From: Octopus vulgaris
Taxonomy: Eukaryota
Length of the DNA stretch: 64,000 nt
NCBI GenBank assembly: GCA_951406725.2
Contig: OX597816.1
Coordinates: 13,640,001 to 13,704,000 of the forward strand
Direction of reading: 5' to 3'
The notes below the pieces were generated by a model. That model was not told the DNA's origin. It made no database searches and was given only the letters and a program-made list of their open reading frames with translations. This document shows positions 38,156 through 53,155 of this stretch, piece by piece; the stretch's first letter is position 1, and the number at the start of each line of letters is the position of its first letter. The translations under genes were made by a program, and so were the position numbers.

Positions 38156-38186
<31 letters not shown>

Positions 38187-38246
38187 TGTATGTATGTATG
38201 TATGTATGTATGTATGTATGTATATATATGTATGTATGTACGTATA

Positions 38247-38322
<76 letters not shown>

Positions 38323-38325
38323 TAA

Positions 38326-38388
<63 letters not shown>

Positions 38389-38393
38389 ATAAG

Positions 38394-38427
<34 letters not shown>

Positions 38428-38959
38428 TACACAATAAGGTATAGAATTCCTTATTTTTTTTACATCTAAATGAGTTGAATAAATATATGTTACTACTATA
38501 ATTTCACCAGTCAGAGAAAAATTGAATCGCAAAATTAACTTACACTGGATCGGGATGCAAAAAGCATCGGAGGCTTACTGTCTACGCTTGACAAAAGAAA
38601 TTACTTGGAAGAAATTTACAATGACAACAAATGTTAAAGAATTCAGTTTATGTTTTTAACAGTTATACTAACAATATCACAATAACAGAACATTTTGTAC
38701 TATCAGATAATACAGAGATTACTCTGACACAGGAGTTAGAGTATAAAATGGCTGTAATCTGAGGAATATATTTGTTTTGATGGGAATAGTTTTCCATGGT
38801 GGTGAGTTGGTAGAATCGTTAGAGTGTTAGATAATATATTTTTTAAGGTAATATTTCTAGCTCTTTAGACTCTGAGTCCAAATTTCAGCAGGGCCAACTT
38901 TGCCCTTCTTCCCTCCAAAATCAATAAAATGAATTTACCCATTATATATAAATAGTGTC

Positions 38960-39570
38960 GGCAAGCACAAGTGAGACCATAACCTTATGGCCTATGCCAG
39001 GGGTGTAACCAGCCCACTAATGCATGCCTTTCCTTCATTGGACACTAAACTCTGCTTGCGAAGACCTGTTCAGGCAAGTGAAATCAAAATCCAAATCAAA
39101 TTCGATGACTGGCATCCATGCGAGTGGCGCACTAAGAGTACCATACAAGCATGATCGTTGCCAGAGCAAGAAGCTGGCCTTTGTGCTGATGGCACATTGA
39201 AAACACCATTCGAGCATGATTGTTACCTGCATCACCTTACTAGCACTTGTGCTGGTGGTATGTGACAAAAGCATTCGAGCGAGGTCGTTGCCAGTGCCGC
39301 TGGACTGGCTCCCGTGCAAGTGGCACATAAAAAGCACCATTTGAGTGTGGCCGTTGCCAGTACCACCTGACTGGCCCTCATGTCGGTGGCACATAAAAGC
39401 ACCCACTACACTCTCGGAGTGGTTGGTGTTAGGAAGGGCATCTAGCTGTAGAAACTCAGCCAGATCAGATTTGAGTTTGGTGCAGCCATCTGGTTCGCCA
39501 GACCTCAGTTACATCATCTAACGCATGCTAGCATGAAAAGTGGACGTTAAACAATGATGATGAAGATGAT
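38960..39570 (+). mobile_element. Family B LINE 3' UTR copy (long)
   Basis: Homologous to the reverse complement of 48553-49020. Confidence 0.8.
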
Positions 39571-40079
39571 CCATATATATATATATACACACATATATCC
39601 ATATATATATATATATATATTTACGTATATCATATTCATACATTTATATATACATATACCTACACATATATATTATATATGTGTATATGTGTACTGAGAC
39701 TGATGGTATTGAATTGCTCTGCCCACAAGAATTGCTGGCCTTGTGCCACAATTTGAAACTATTCACGTCATAACCATCATCCATTAAGATCCACTTTTCT
39801 GTGCTAGTATGGGTCAGATGGAATTTGTTGAGGCAAAGTTTCCAGGGTCGGATACCCTTCCTGTCACCAACCCTTATCTATTTCCAAGCAAGGCAATCAA
39901 TATTTCCCCATGACCAGACATGTTTATTCAGATGATTAGAAATGAATGACACTGCTTGTATGACAGTGACACTCATTTACAGCTATTACACAATGTCATG
40001 ACAAACACACACACACACACACACACACACCAACTGAAAGAATCTCAGGGTGTGTGATTGAGTATGTGTGTCTGCATGT

Positions 40080-40116
<37 letters not shown>

Positions 40117-40317
40117 TCACATACACAAAAGGCTTTTTTCAGTTTCTCCTCTACACAATCCATGCAAAATGCTTTGGTCAGCCCACTGCTAGAGTAAAAG
40201 ACACTTGCTCAAGGTACCATGCAGTGCGACTGAACCCCAAACCATGTGGCTACAATGTAACCTTCTTAACCACACACCCATGCTTCAATCTATAGGCACA
40301 TCTGCACCTATGAAATA

Positions 40318-40861
40318 TTGGGTTGTCCGGAAAGTTCATGCCGATTTTTAAAGGAAAGAAAGAGGTCACTAAATACTTGCCATTTCAATTTTAATCAACC
40401 AAATATGAACCATTTTGTTGCACAATGCATCTCCATCTTTCCTTTAACTTGAAAATACCCTCTTCCCAGAATTGAGGTGGTTTCATGGCAAAGAATTCAT
40501 CAAGGTATCTTTTTACGCCATCCAAGGAATTGAAATTTTTACCATTAAGACTATTCTGCAGAGACCTGAATAAGTGGAAATCCGAAGGAGCAACACCTGG
40601 TGAATATGGAAGGTGGGGTAACACATCCCAGCCTAGTTGCAGCAATTTTTGTCTTGTTCCCAAAGCATCAAGTGCCGAAAATGAACTTTCTTATCTTCCA
40701 TTTTAAAGGGTTACAGAATTAACACAGGTTATGGGAACATAAACCTTCTTCCACGAAAAGATAGCTTAAACTGTGCTCTAAATGGAAGTGTAGTCAAATC
40801 CTATTTTATGGACTCAACTATGTTCTGCTATAAATTGGCACGAACTTTCCGGACAACCCTA
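40318..40861 (-). mobile_element. Internally deleted mariner DNA transposon
   Basis: About 30-bp TIRs (TTGGGTTGTCCGGAAAGTTCATGCCGATTT / AAATTGGCACGAACTTTCCGGACAACCCTA) flanked by TA. Minus-strand N-terminus MEDKKVHFRHLMLWE (ATG 40701) is joined out of frame to the C-terminus LGWDVLPHLPYSPGVAPSDFHLFRSLQN...RWRCIVQQNGSY (mariner YSPDLAPSDF motif). Confidence 0.93.
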
Positions 40862-41343
40862 TACTTTCTGTTTTTTAAGAACATAGAGAGTGATATGCAA
40901 GATATATTGCTGTTACTTCTAACAGGTCAACCACCAGCCTTTAAATTCCTTCAGCAGTCCATCCTCACATTGTGTACCGTTAACAATTAGATGTAATTAC
41001 AAGGGGACTTTAATTTTGCTCTTTTCAATTTTTTGCCTATTTCCCAATGTAGGTTTTCTATTCAGGTACAGCATTGCAATTAGTGACACTTATGGATATT
41101 CGGTTTCAAGGCTTTAAGAAGCAAACAGAGATCAAATTATGAAGCACAAATTTAATCCAAATGGCTTCGCATAACCTAATTTCGTTAATGGCTGCATTCA
41201 CTAACAAAATTATCAAGCTGGAGAAAATAGTCATCGGTCCTTAACAGATTTGCATAAAATGTAAACAAGATGGTTCCAGCTAAGATTTGAAGCCAAATCA
41301 TAAACTAGGTTATGCTTAATGTTAATTCTTGAATAACAACTCA

Positions 41344-41388
<45 letters not shown>

Positions 41389-42011
41389 ATATATATATAT
41401 ATGTATAATAACAAAGGGTAAAATTAATTAATTACGAAGTAATCAATAAATTTCACCAAGTAGGATTCGGTATGAAAACAGGACTGCTAACACAGTAAAT
41501 TTTAGTAATACTAATAAAAAGGGTTCGGCAAAAGAATTGCTTCACTGCATACCGAAGTTCAGAAATAGCATCCAAAATCTTAGCCATTTCTTCTACTTTA
41601 AAAGGGGTTCCAGAGAACCCAAAATACTTGAAGTTTAAACAAACAAGCAGAGGGTAAAGCAAACGAAAATCAATCGATATCTGATCATCCATAGATGCGC
41701 ATTTCTGAATTAGGTATTACGTAAAGAATATAAAAAAATATACTTTTTTAATATTTTTTTATATACTTCGGTATGCGGTGAAGCAATTCTTTTGCTGAAC
41801 CCTTTTTATTAGTATATATTGGCACATAAAATACACCAGTCCGACCGTGGCCGTTGCCAGCCTCGCCTGGCACCTGTGCAGGTGGCACGTAAAAAGCACC
41901 CACTACACTCACGGAGTGGTTGGCGTTAGGAAGGGCATCCAGCTGTAGAAACATTGCCAGATAAGACTGCTAGCATGGAGAACGGACGTTAAACGATGAT
42001 GATGATGATGA

Positions 42012-42050
<39 letters not shown>

Positions 42051-42616
42051 CAATATATATATATATATATATAGAAATGTGTACATTTAAACACAAGAGA
42101 AAACTACCTTTAACAAGTATATATATAGAGTGCATGATGGTTGTTCAAGGTTTGAGAGGGAGAGACTAAAGTATTAGAGAATTAGGAGGGGGATTAGAAG
42201 GGGGGGGGAGGTGACCTGTGGAAAGTGAGACAGTGTTGCTTTTTATGTGTGTGGTTTGTGGGTGGAGGTATTCGAGTCATGCAGGCCCACAGAAATCCAC
42301 CCATGATAAACAATAGTGTAGCTATCAAAAATTCACAGCAGAACATGTGTAAAATGTGGAAGGGTGTGCCTCTCAGTTGGAGGTCTAAAAAGACATGTTA
42401 AGGGAGTGCATATGGTGGCACCTGTTTCTCCTGCCAGCCAGCACAGTTGTCTAGTATGTAATAAAATGTGTAAAAGCTTGGCTGGGCTTAGAAGTCATAT
42501 AAGGGCATCACATGGCAACAATCATGAATAATTTCAGTAAGTCTTCTTGGCAATGGCTTTTCTCGTGTAACGAGGATACAGCTGTGATATATATACACAC
42601 ACACACACACATTGTG

Positions 42617-42986
42617 TGTTCGGGTTTGTTTCGACCCTTTAGAATTGGAATTTTTGAAAAGTAAAAATTTTGCATTATGTAGCTTGTTATTCTGTATAAG
42701 TGAATATTTTTCTGGTTGAAATACACCGAAAAATGGTGACACAGCGGTCAAAAAGTCATAAAAAATAAGGATTTTCATAGAAAAAAACAGCACCTTTTTG
42801 ATGTAAATAATTTTTGGTGTTAACATGGTCCAATTTGAATTTTTTTCTTCTATGGAAGGAAGAGCAAGCCTTCTTCTATCATACTCTCAATTTTGGTCAA
42901 CTGGCACCGCAGTGTCTCGGAGGAGATAGTGTTAGTTGAAGGCTACCAAACCTGACATACACAGACAACTTCAGCTTTATATATAT
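42617..42986 (-). mobile_element. Non-autonomous Helitron-like element, 3'-truncated
   Basis: Reverse complement of 17604-17965. Confidence 0.8.
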
Positions 42987-44145
42987 CAAGTATTACACAT
43001 TCCACTAAATAGACAATTTTCTAGTCTGATTTATCAGCACCCAAAATCAGAATATATTCAATTATTGGTAATCAGGACAATGACAGGCAGAATTCAGAAT
43101 TTATTCCGAGTTTTGTAAGCACTAAAATGTTTCCTACTAAGAAACGGTAAGAGAGATGCTTGATAATATATGAGTCTACTTTGTAATAATTTACCTGTAG
43201 AATATTTCTGACAACAAGGTATCCTGTCTATTCTGAAGTCTGATGACCAACGAGACGGCTTATTTAGAGAGGAAAATTTTTTGTGTTCTGTTCAAGTCAT
43301 GTATTTTTTTTTCTGTTTTTGATCTTTCTTTAGCCCCAGGACTCATAAAGACCAGTTACCTGGTTTCTATGTTGTTCAGGTGACCAGCATCCCAACCTGC
43401 CACCTGATGGAGATGACAGTCCGGTGCAGGGGTCAAGGCCAGCAATTTCGAAAAGAAAGGACAAGGTGATTATATCATTCCCAATTCTTGACTTGTACGT
43501 TATTTTACCGACTCCAAAGAGATGAAAGGCAAAGCTGACTTTAGTATGGCACCAATCAATTAGTGAAAAGGTTAACTAGTTGACTAATAATAATAAAAGA
43601 AGTGAAATGAAACCAGTATGTGCATTTATTATTGGTATTATGACTGACCTGAAGATGAGAGTCTGGTGCAGGATTCAAGACCAGCAATTTTGAAGAGAAA
43701 AGACAAGGTGATTACATTGACCCCTCATTACTTGACTTGTACTTTTTATTTCATCGGCCCAGAAGGAATAAAAAGTAAAGTTGACCTCAGTCGGATTTGA
43801 ACTCAGGATGTAAAGAACCAGAAGTAATGCTGCAAAGCATTTTGTCCAATGTGCTTACAGTTCAGCCAGCTTCCCCACTTAGTCATTGATTAAAATAGCT
43901 TTATTTTTTTTTTCTCACCAAATAACTATTTCTAATTAGATTTTATTTTTTTAATGCTCGTTACATTAAATATATTTAATCTATTGATTTCCATGCAGAT
44001 AGCATCTTTGAAATGAGTAATTTCTAAGTAATTCTATTTCCAAGTAACAACCACTGTACAAGGCAGCAAGCTGGTAGAATGTGTGTGTGTGCGTGTGTGT
44101 GTGTGTGTATGGGAGGATGGCTGGATGAATGAATGAATGGATGGC

Positions 44146-44189
<44 letters not shown>

Positions 44190-44340
44190 TAGATAGATAG
44201 ATAGATAGATAGAGACAGACAGACAGATAGATAACTTTCTTTATTGGCCACAGAGGGGACAAGTACAAATGTAGAGCTTTTCTTTTTGCAAATGAGAAAA
44301 AGGGGGAAAATAAGAAAAAAAGACAGATAGATTGAGATAT

Positions 44341-44401
<61 letters not shown>

Positions 44402-44711
44402 CAAACACACACAAGCATATATATATATATATATACAAACACACACATACACACACACACATATATATGCATTATGGGTTCTTTCAGTTTCTGGCAATCA
44501 AATTTACTCACAATGTTTTGGTCAACCTGGGTCTATAGTAAAAGAAACTTACCCAAGGTGCCACACTGTGAGTTTGAACCCCAAACCACATAGTTGTGGG
44601 AAGCATACTTCTTACTAGACAACCGTTTTTAAGATTTTTTTGTTTCTTTTTTTTCTCCAAAATTCCACAAAGTATTGTGAACAGAATTTAACTCCCAATC
44701 TTTGCTACTGA

Positions 44712-45048
44712 GACCCCCTTCAGTCATGACTGACCATGGGATTCCACGTAGGAAGTTACCCTCTGAGGTACAAGTCCGGGCAAGGTTGTTTATGGAAGAC
44801 CAGCAGTCGCCCACGTATACCGGCCTCCCCTCTCCGCGCCACTGATGTTATCCAAGGGAAAGGCATAGGGGCCGATACAGCTTGTCACCTGTGATGCCGC
44901 AACTCATTTCTACAGCTGAGTTAACTGGAGCAACGTGAAATAAAATAAAGTGCTTTGCTCAAGAACACAACACGTGGCCCGGTCCGGGTTTCGAACTCAC
45001 AACCATGCAATCATAATCTCGACGCTCTAGCCACTGAGCCATCCACCT
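44712..45048 (-). mobile_element. tRNA-derived SINE family E
   Basis: Minus-strand head TGGCTCAGTGG...AGTTCGAAACC, core TTGAGCAAAGCACTTTATTT...GTTGCTCCAGTTAACTCAGCTG. Relatives at about 13278-13580, 32900-33150, 59920-60220 and 60630-60875. Confidence 0.78.
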
Positions 45049-46528
45049 ACGACTTGTTAGAAAAAATAGCTTATCAAAGAAGGCATCTTATCTACAATTT
45101 CTGCATGCATTTTCTCTATCTGTCAGCGAACGTACACTTGCACACACAAAAATGCATTCATGCACATTTTAAATGAATACACGTTTGTTAAAGCATTAAT
45201 CCCCCCGAAGGGTTATCAGTTGTGAAATGAGATGAAAAAGTGAAGTTTTTAATGTTATAGATTTAATACTACAGCAATGGGTGGCTGTAACCAATGGAAA
45301 AATCATTACACTACAGCCAAGGAACAAGCAGCACCGCAGCAAAAAAAAAAAATAGAAAAAAAAGAAAAAGAAAGAAAAAGAAACAAACAAACAAAAGAAC
45401 TTTGAAGAGCTCAAACGTGTTAACTGAGGAATGTGCTAATAACTTCAAGAAAAATAAAGAACTGTGTTAACCAAAGTAGGCATGCATGATTTGACTGCAA
45501 AATCGGTTATAGATTCTTTGAAGATATAGGTCACTATTTCTTTGCTTGTTTGTTCATATAGTTCTTCTTACTTCCATTTCTTCCCCCCACCCCGACATCC
45601 CCCTCCTCCTCCACCCCGTCTATTCGTGTCTAGTTTTCTGAACCTGAAAGGTACATAATATTTAATACAGGCAAAGAAGGGTATTTTTTTCTTATAAACA
45701 CAATATTTTAAAAAAAGTTAACATACTTATTGTAAGTGTGTGTGTGTGTGGCTGTGTGGTAAGAAGCTTGCTTCCTAACCAGATGGTTCTGGGTTCAGTC
45801 CCACTGTCTGGCACCTTGGGCAAGTGTCTTCCACTATAGCCTTGGGCCAACTAAAGCCTAGTGAGTGGATTTGGTAAACAGAAACTGAAAAAAGCCTATC
45901 GTATATATATGTATATATATATATATATATATCATCATCATCATCGTTTAATGTCCACCTTCCATACTGGCATGTATAGGATGGTTTGACAAGAGCCAGC
46001 CAGACCCTGCGCTAGACTTCTGTGTGACTGTTTTGGCAAGTTTTTTACAGCTGGATGCCCTTCCGAACACCAACCACTTTTACAGTGTGGACTGGGTGCT
46101 TTTAAGCGGTACCTGCACTGACAGGGTCTCCAAGCACTTGCAAGAGACAAAAATAAAAACCCTTTCGAGAGGGGAGAGAGCCTTGCAGGAGGTGATTTTT
46201 GTGTCAGATGATGAAAGGTTATAGTGAGACAGAGAGACAAAAACAGGTGTCTTGCTGTAGAGGAGGTACAAGGTTATCCAGCCAGATAGAGAGAGAGATC
46301 AGGAATGAAGACAGAAACAGGTGCACTGCAGCAAAGGAAAAACATGGTTATATATATATATTATATGAAATGTGTCAAGTCCAACAGGAAACAGTGTTTC
46401 CTAGGGCTAAATAACAGTAGCAGTCTTCCCTTTCATGGGACTCTCACATTAAGTTAACAACATACTATCACTTTATCGTGCTTCTACTGCATAAATTGGT
46501 CTAAGAGATTTAGAAATGTACTATTTAT

Positions 46529-46570
<42 letters not shown>

Positions 46571-47068
46571 ATATAAATAATACATCACCTGACTGGCCCT
46601 CGTGCCAGTGGCACGTAAAAGCACCCACTACCCTCTCGGAGTGGTTGGTGTTAGGAAGGGCATCCAGCTGTAGAAACTCTGCCAGATCAGATTGGAGTCT
46701 GGTGCAGCCATCTGGTTCGCCAGACCTCAGTCAAATCGTCCAACCCATGCTAGCATGGAAGGCGGACGTTAAACGATGATGATGATGATATACATGTATG
46801 CATGTGAAAGATCCTCAGCATGTAAGGGTCATTATTCTTTTGGTTACAAAGACATGTAGGAATTGTGTTTCAGATGATGAGCAGTGAGATAAACCTTGTC
46901 GAGCTTTTGTTTTGGGTTGCATCACAAAAGTTATCAAACTGTATAACCCTCATACTGGTCAATAACGAAACACTGATCAGATTCCAGTTAGAAGCCAAGA
47001 AACCACAAACATTAAGTACTGATGCTCTGATTTGTAAATAACTTTTCAAAGTAATTGAAACATTGATA

Positions 47069-47233
47069 GGCGCTGGAGTGGCTGTGTGGTAAGTAGCTTG
47101 TTTACCAACCACATGGTTCCAGGTTCAGTCCCACTGCGTGGCACCTTGGGCAAGTGTCTTCTACTGTAGCATCGGGCCGACTAAAGCCTTGTGAGCGGAT
47201 TTGGTAGATGGAAACTGAAAGAAGCCCGTTGTA

Positions 47234-47297
<64 letters not shown>

Positions 47298-47489
47298 AGA
47301 GTTTGTATAACTGATACTGGTGTGTTTATGTCCCCGTCACTTAGCGGTTCGGCAAAAGAGACCGATAGAATAAGTACTGGGCTTACAAAGAATAAGTCTC
47401 GGGGTCGAGTTGCTCGATTAGAGGTGGTGCTCCAGCATGGCCGCAGTCTAATGACTGAAACAAGTAAAAGAGTAAAAGAGTAAGAGAGT
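47069..47489 (+). mobile_element. SINE family A, full length
   Basis: Same head and tail as the other copies. Confidence 0.88.
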
Positions 47490-47746
47490 ATTGAGAATTT
47501 GAAAAAAATAGAAGGAAAAAAAACCTCCCAAAAAACAATTTTGCAAGTTCAACTTGCAAAAAGGTGACTATGATATCGATAGAAGTGGAAGTAAAATATT
47601 CATCATGTGAAAGAATCTATGAAATAATTGAAAGAAAGTGAGAAATGCAAAAAAGATATTCGACAATTATTTAAATCTAGAGTATTGATAGATTAAACAT
47701 CACCAAATGATATTGGAGAGGAACTTAATTACACGTCTTTCTGAAT

Positions 47747-47783
<37 letters not shown>

Positions 47784-47881
47784 CTTAGTTCTTGACACAT
47801 TATATATATATATATGTATATGTATATGTATATTTTTTTAACATATATATATATATATGTATGTATATATATATGTATGTA

Positions 47882-47957
<76 letters not shown>

Positions 47958-48004
47958 TGTATGTTCATATATATATATATATATATACATATATACATAC
48001 ATAT

Positions 48005-48035
<31 letters not shown>

Positions 48036-48552
48036 GTCCAACACATGCCACCAAGGAAGGCAGATATTAAACAATGATGATGATGAAGATTCACACACAC
48101 ACACATATATGTATGATATAAGTGTATGCATATATATGCATATATATATACACACATACATGCACGCACACTAACCATGCACAGGCAAAGATTAATTTTT
48201 TTTAATTACACACAACAGATGCCTACATGGAAAACAGATGTTAAAAGATGAGAATGGTGATGGCACACACACACACACACACACATTCACCCATACATAC
48301 ACATACATATAATTTCAACACATAGCAAATAATTCAGGAGAAAATATTTACAAAGATATTATTGTCTCTATTATTATCAAGTGTAACAATTTTAAAATGA
48401 TAATAACAGAATAATATAGGCTATTGCAGGTCCCTCAAAGAAAGCATTAAATAGCTGAAGGATTAAAATTAATCAAAGGGCATATTAAGGATGTCTACCT
48501 GCTGGAAATAACGGTCAAAACTCTTATTTAAATCACCAAAATACACTGATAA

Positions 48553-49098
48553 TCATCATCATCATCATCATCATCTTTTAACATCCGCTTTCCATGCTAG
48601 CATGGGTTGGACGATTTGACTGAAGTCTGGCTGCACCAGACTCCAACCTGATCTGGCAGTGTTTCTACAGCTTGATGCCCTTCCTAACACCAACCACTCC
48701 GTGAGTGTAGTGGGTGCTTTTTATGTGCCACCAGCACAGGTGCCAGGCGAGGCTGGCAATGGCCATGATCAGTTGGTACTTTTTACATGCCACCATCATG
48801 GAGGCCAGTCAAGGCGGCGCTGGCAACAACCATGTTCGGATAGTTCTTTTACGTGCCACCGGCATTGGTATCACAACTACAATTTCCATTGAATTTTGAT
48901 TGATTTCGATTTCACTTGCCTCAACAGGTCTTCGCAAGCAGAGTTTTGTGTCCCAAGAAGGAAAGGTATGCATAAGAGGACTGGCTACATCCCAGGTAGA
49001 GGCCACGGGTTATGATCTCACTTGTCCTGCCGGGTCTTCTCATGCACAGCATACTTCCAAAGGTCTCGGTCACTATTCATTGCCTCGGTGAGACCTAA
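48553..49098 (-). mobile_element. RTE-like LINE 3' end (family B): ORF end, long 3' UTR, (GAT)n tail
   Basis: GLTEAMNSDRDLWKYAVHEKTRQDK* followed by the abundant repeat ending CATGCTAGCATGGAAAGCGGACGTTAAA(GAT)n. Other copies at about 254-487, 32565-32850, 36636-36900, 41820-42013, 45930-46110, 46588-46790, 62170-62382 and 62590-62860. Confidence 0.8.
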
Positions 49099-49484
49099 AG
49101 TTGATCCAGATCTATAATAAAAACACCCTTTGCTCAAGATGCCAGGCAGAGGGATTGAACCCTGAACTATGTGACAGTGAAGAAAGCTTCTTACCCACAC
49201 AGCCATACTTACTAATGCGATACAGCTTTAACTATTGTGCAGTCTAAATAAAGTACAAAAGAGAAATCAATGCTGACAACAGAATTTTAATGGATTATTT
49301 TCCGAGACATTAACCAATAAGTAACTCAGCCAGTTTTATTTAACATGAGTTTACAGGGAAAATTATTCTAATAACTTTTACACTAGAAAAGCAAAAGAAA
49401 ACTATCAAAGCTGTTCAGTGGAAAACCTGCAGACAAACCACAGTGATTAAGTGGAGTAGCAGCAGTGGAGGTGGTAATAGCAAC

Positions 49485-49890
<406 letters not shown>

Positions 49891-50167
49891 AGTATTTGAG
49901 AATAATAGTTTAATCTGCAGGAAAGAAATGCAGATAGAATGAAGAACTTCAATGTCATTATTCAAGAAGAAATTTTAAAACTGAATCCAGCAGTTTTTGA
50001 AATCTTAATCTGCAGCTACACAAAACTTTACAGAAAAAAACATCGCAGAATACTTACTAGTTACCACTATAATAGTCATTCTTTATTGCATTTCAAAAGG
50101 AAAATCATAGATACATAACAACGACAAGAACCAGGACAATAATAATAATAATAATAATAATAATAAT

Positions 50168-50718
50168 TGGAAGCTATGCCAACATTATGGAATAACAACA
50201 GAAAAAAGATGGTATAGGCACACACCAGAAAAGGTCACAGAAAACGAGAAAGCAACCATACTCTGGGATATGCCGATACACACAGATAGAGAAATTAAGG
50301 CCAACAGACCAGATATAGTTGTCAGAGATCATGAAGGAAAAAAATGCTTTCTAATTGATGTATCAATACCGGCTGATGACAACGTGTCTCTAAAAGAAAT
50401 AGAGAAACTCTCAAAATACAAAGACCTGGAAATAGAGGTAACTAGAATGTGGAATCTGAAAACAGAAACAATTCCTATCATAGTAGGTGCATTAGGCATG
50501 ATAAAAAAATATTCAGACAAATACATAACAAAAACACCAGGACTTACAAACACATATAACATACAGAAAATTGCACTACTAGGCACTGCACACATCCTAC
50601 ACAGAACACTTCCCATACAATAACCATCAGAGCATCACAACAAATCACAGCACATCACCCAAGGCACACAGAGCTGCGCTCGGTAGTGAAGTGAAAGCAC
50701 GCTATAAAAATAAAACTA

Positions 50719-50770
<52 letters not shown>
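50168..50770 (+). mobile_element. 5'-truncated R4/Dong-like non-LTR retrotransposon (restriction-like endonuclease domain, 3' UTR, (AAT)n)
   Basis: Open frame 50168-50623: WKLCQHYG...ILWDMPIHTDREIKANRPDIVV...LIDVSIPAD...EKLSKYKDL...PIIVGALG (PD-(D/E)xK RLE motif). (AAT)n on both sides. Confidence 0.9.
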
Positions 50771-50771
<1 letters not shown>

Positions 50772-50908
50772 GGCATTGTCAAAATTAGAAATGCAAAGAT
50801 CCTATGGGATCTTATGATTCGGTGTGACCACGAGATAGAAAATAGGAAGACGGACATAGTGTTAATTGAGAAAGAAAACAAACTATGCTGGATCATAGAT
50901 ATAGCATA
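50772..50908 (+). mobile_element. Fragment of a second R4/Dong-like family
   Basis: GIVKIRNAKILWDLMIRCDHEIENRKTDIVLIEKENKLCWIIDIA is homologous to the same RLE region and starts in the (AAT)n tail of the previous copy. Confidence 0.8.
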
Positions 50909-51219
50909 CTAGGGTCAATCTAATTAACTAGCCCTCACCCCACCCCGCCAAATTTCAGGCCTTGTTCCTAGAGTAGAAAAGAATATAACAAATAGAAAGC
51001 TCCACATTTTTGTGCTGACTGCTACTATATATCTTTGAAACAATAAAATATTAACACAGTGCTTGCAATGGCCACATACTAGAGATGCCAGTAGAAAGGC
51101 TCCGGAACACAAAGAGAACCCTGGATGAAAAGGAAAGTCGACCTCAGCAGAATTTGAACTCAGAACATAAGGACAGACAAATGACAATAAGAAATTTTCT
51201 GAGTGTAACCAACAATTCT

Positions 51220-51530
51220 TGTGGAAGCACATGGCCTAGTGGCTAGAGCAGCGGACTCGCGGTTGAGGGATTGCGGGTTCAAATCTCAGACCGGGCGATG
51301 TGTGTGTTTATGAGCGAAAATACCTAAGCTCCACGTGGCTCTGGTAGAAGGTAATGGCGAACTTCTGCTGACTCTTTTGCCACAACATTCTCTTACTCTT
51401 TCCTCCTGCATCTTGAAGCTCACCTGCAACGGACCGGTGTCCCATCCAGGTGGAGAACCTATACACCAAGACACCGGGAAACCGGCCCTTATGAGCCAGG
51501 CATGGCTCGAGAAGGAACAAACAAACAAAC
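51220..51530 (+). mobile_element. tRNA-derived SINE family D'
   Basis: A box TGGCCTAGTGG, B box GGTTCAAATCT, (AAAC)n tail. Confidence 0.8.
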
Positions 51531-52157
51531 CAACAACTCTACAAACCTCGCCACTGCCCCATTGCAAGAGAAATATTTTAAAAAGCACAAATATAATTCT
51601 TCACTTTCTTCACAAAATAAAATCTTATCCAACTGAAATAATACAATTTCTATAAATAATACAATTAATAGAAAGTTCCCTGTTTTTCTGCTAACCATTA
51701 TGATATATCCTTAAGACAATAAAAGATTAACACAGTGTCTGCAACAGCTACATATTGGTTGCCAGTAAAAAAAGGCGGCAAAACACAAAGACAACCCCAT
51801 TTTATTAATTTTTACTCTTTTACTTGTTTCAGTCATGTGACTGTGGCCATTCTGGAGCACTGCATTTAATCTTCAATAGTTTTCAATTTTTTTTTTTCTC
51901 TCACAAAGCCGAAATGTTATCAGTGCCAAGATGAAATATTTACTTTATTTTATATTCTTTAAAAATATATTTTATTTTCCTTAGAATTTTTAACAAAAAA
52001 AAAATTTTAAATAACAATAATAAACTATGAAAGAACAAATTGTTATTTTTTCTTTGTCCTTTGTTTTATTTCCCTTTATTTTTTATATTTTATTTCCCCC
52101 AAACAATTCCAGCCTTAGAGGTTTCATACAAGAAATTTTTCATACTTTTGCTGTTTT

Positions 52158-52369
52158 TTCTTCTTTTTCTTCTTCTTCTTCTTCTTCTTCTTCTTCTTCT
52201 TCTTCTTCTTCTTCTTCTTTTCTTCTTCTTTTTTCTTCTTCTTCATCTTCTTCATCTTTCTCTTCTTCTTCTTCTCCTTCTTCTTCTTCTCCTCTTCTTC
52301 TTTCTCTTCTTCTTCTTCTTCTTCTTCTTCTTCTCCTTCATTTCCTTCTTGTACTACTACTACTACTAT

Positions 52370-52418
<49 letters not shown>
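52158..52418 (+). repeat. (CTT)n followed by (CTA)n
   Basis: Direct reading. Confidence 0.96.
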
Positions 52419-53106
52419 GTTGTGTTCTTTTCTTTATTTATTTTTTTATTTTTTATTTCTGTATTTTTGGGGGTTTTTTTTACCAGAGAAGTTCTCAGCA
52501 AAAACATTTCTGAATAATGATATATCCTTTTTTTTTTGTTTGAGGAGTTTCAATGGTGATTTACAAAGACAGAAACAGCTCTATTAAAGCTGTGTAAAAA
52601 CAAAAACCAAAAAAAAAACAGACCAAACTATTTCAGTGAAGCAATGGAACAGGTAAGCAGAGCAAGACAACACTTGCCAAAAGCCTAGATACAAAGAAAC
52701 AAAATTGGACCATTTTCAATACAAAATGAATATTATTACCTGTTATTTAGCCTCGAGTCAGCTCAGGCTGAGCAGACCTATAATCAAAGGAGCTCCATTT
52801 ATGACCACCCATCCAATCCTTTTGTATCTTCTGACTTTTATCTTTTACTTGTTTCGGTAAATAAATAGGCCGTGGCCATACTGGAGCACTACTTCGAAGA
52901 ACTTTTAGTCAAATGAATCAATCCCGGTAGTAATTCTTTGCAGCCTGGTACTTCTTCTATGAGTCTTTGTTTGCCAAACTGCTAAGTTACAGGGAAATAA
53001 AAGCATCAGCACCAGTTGTCGAATGGTGGAGGCAGGAAAGGGTGAAGCACAGATACACACACATATATATATACATATATTTATATAGACACACACACAT
53101 ATATAG

Positions 53107-53155
<49 letters not shown>

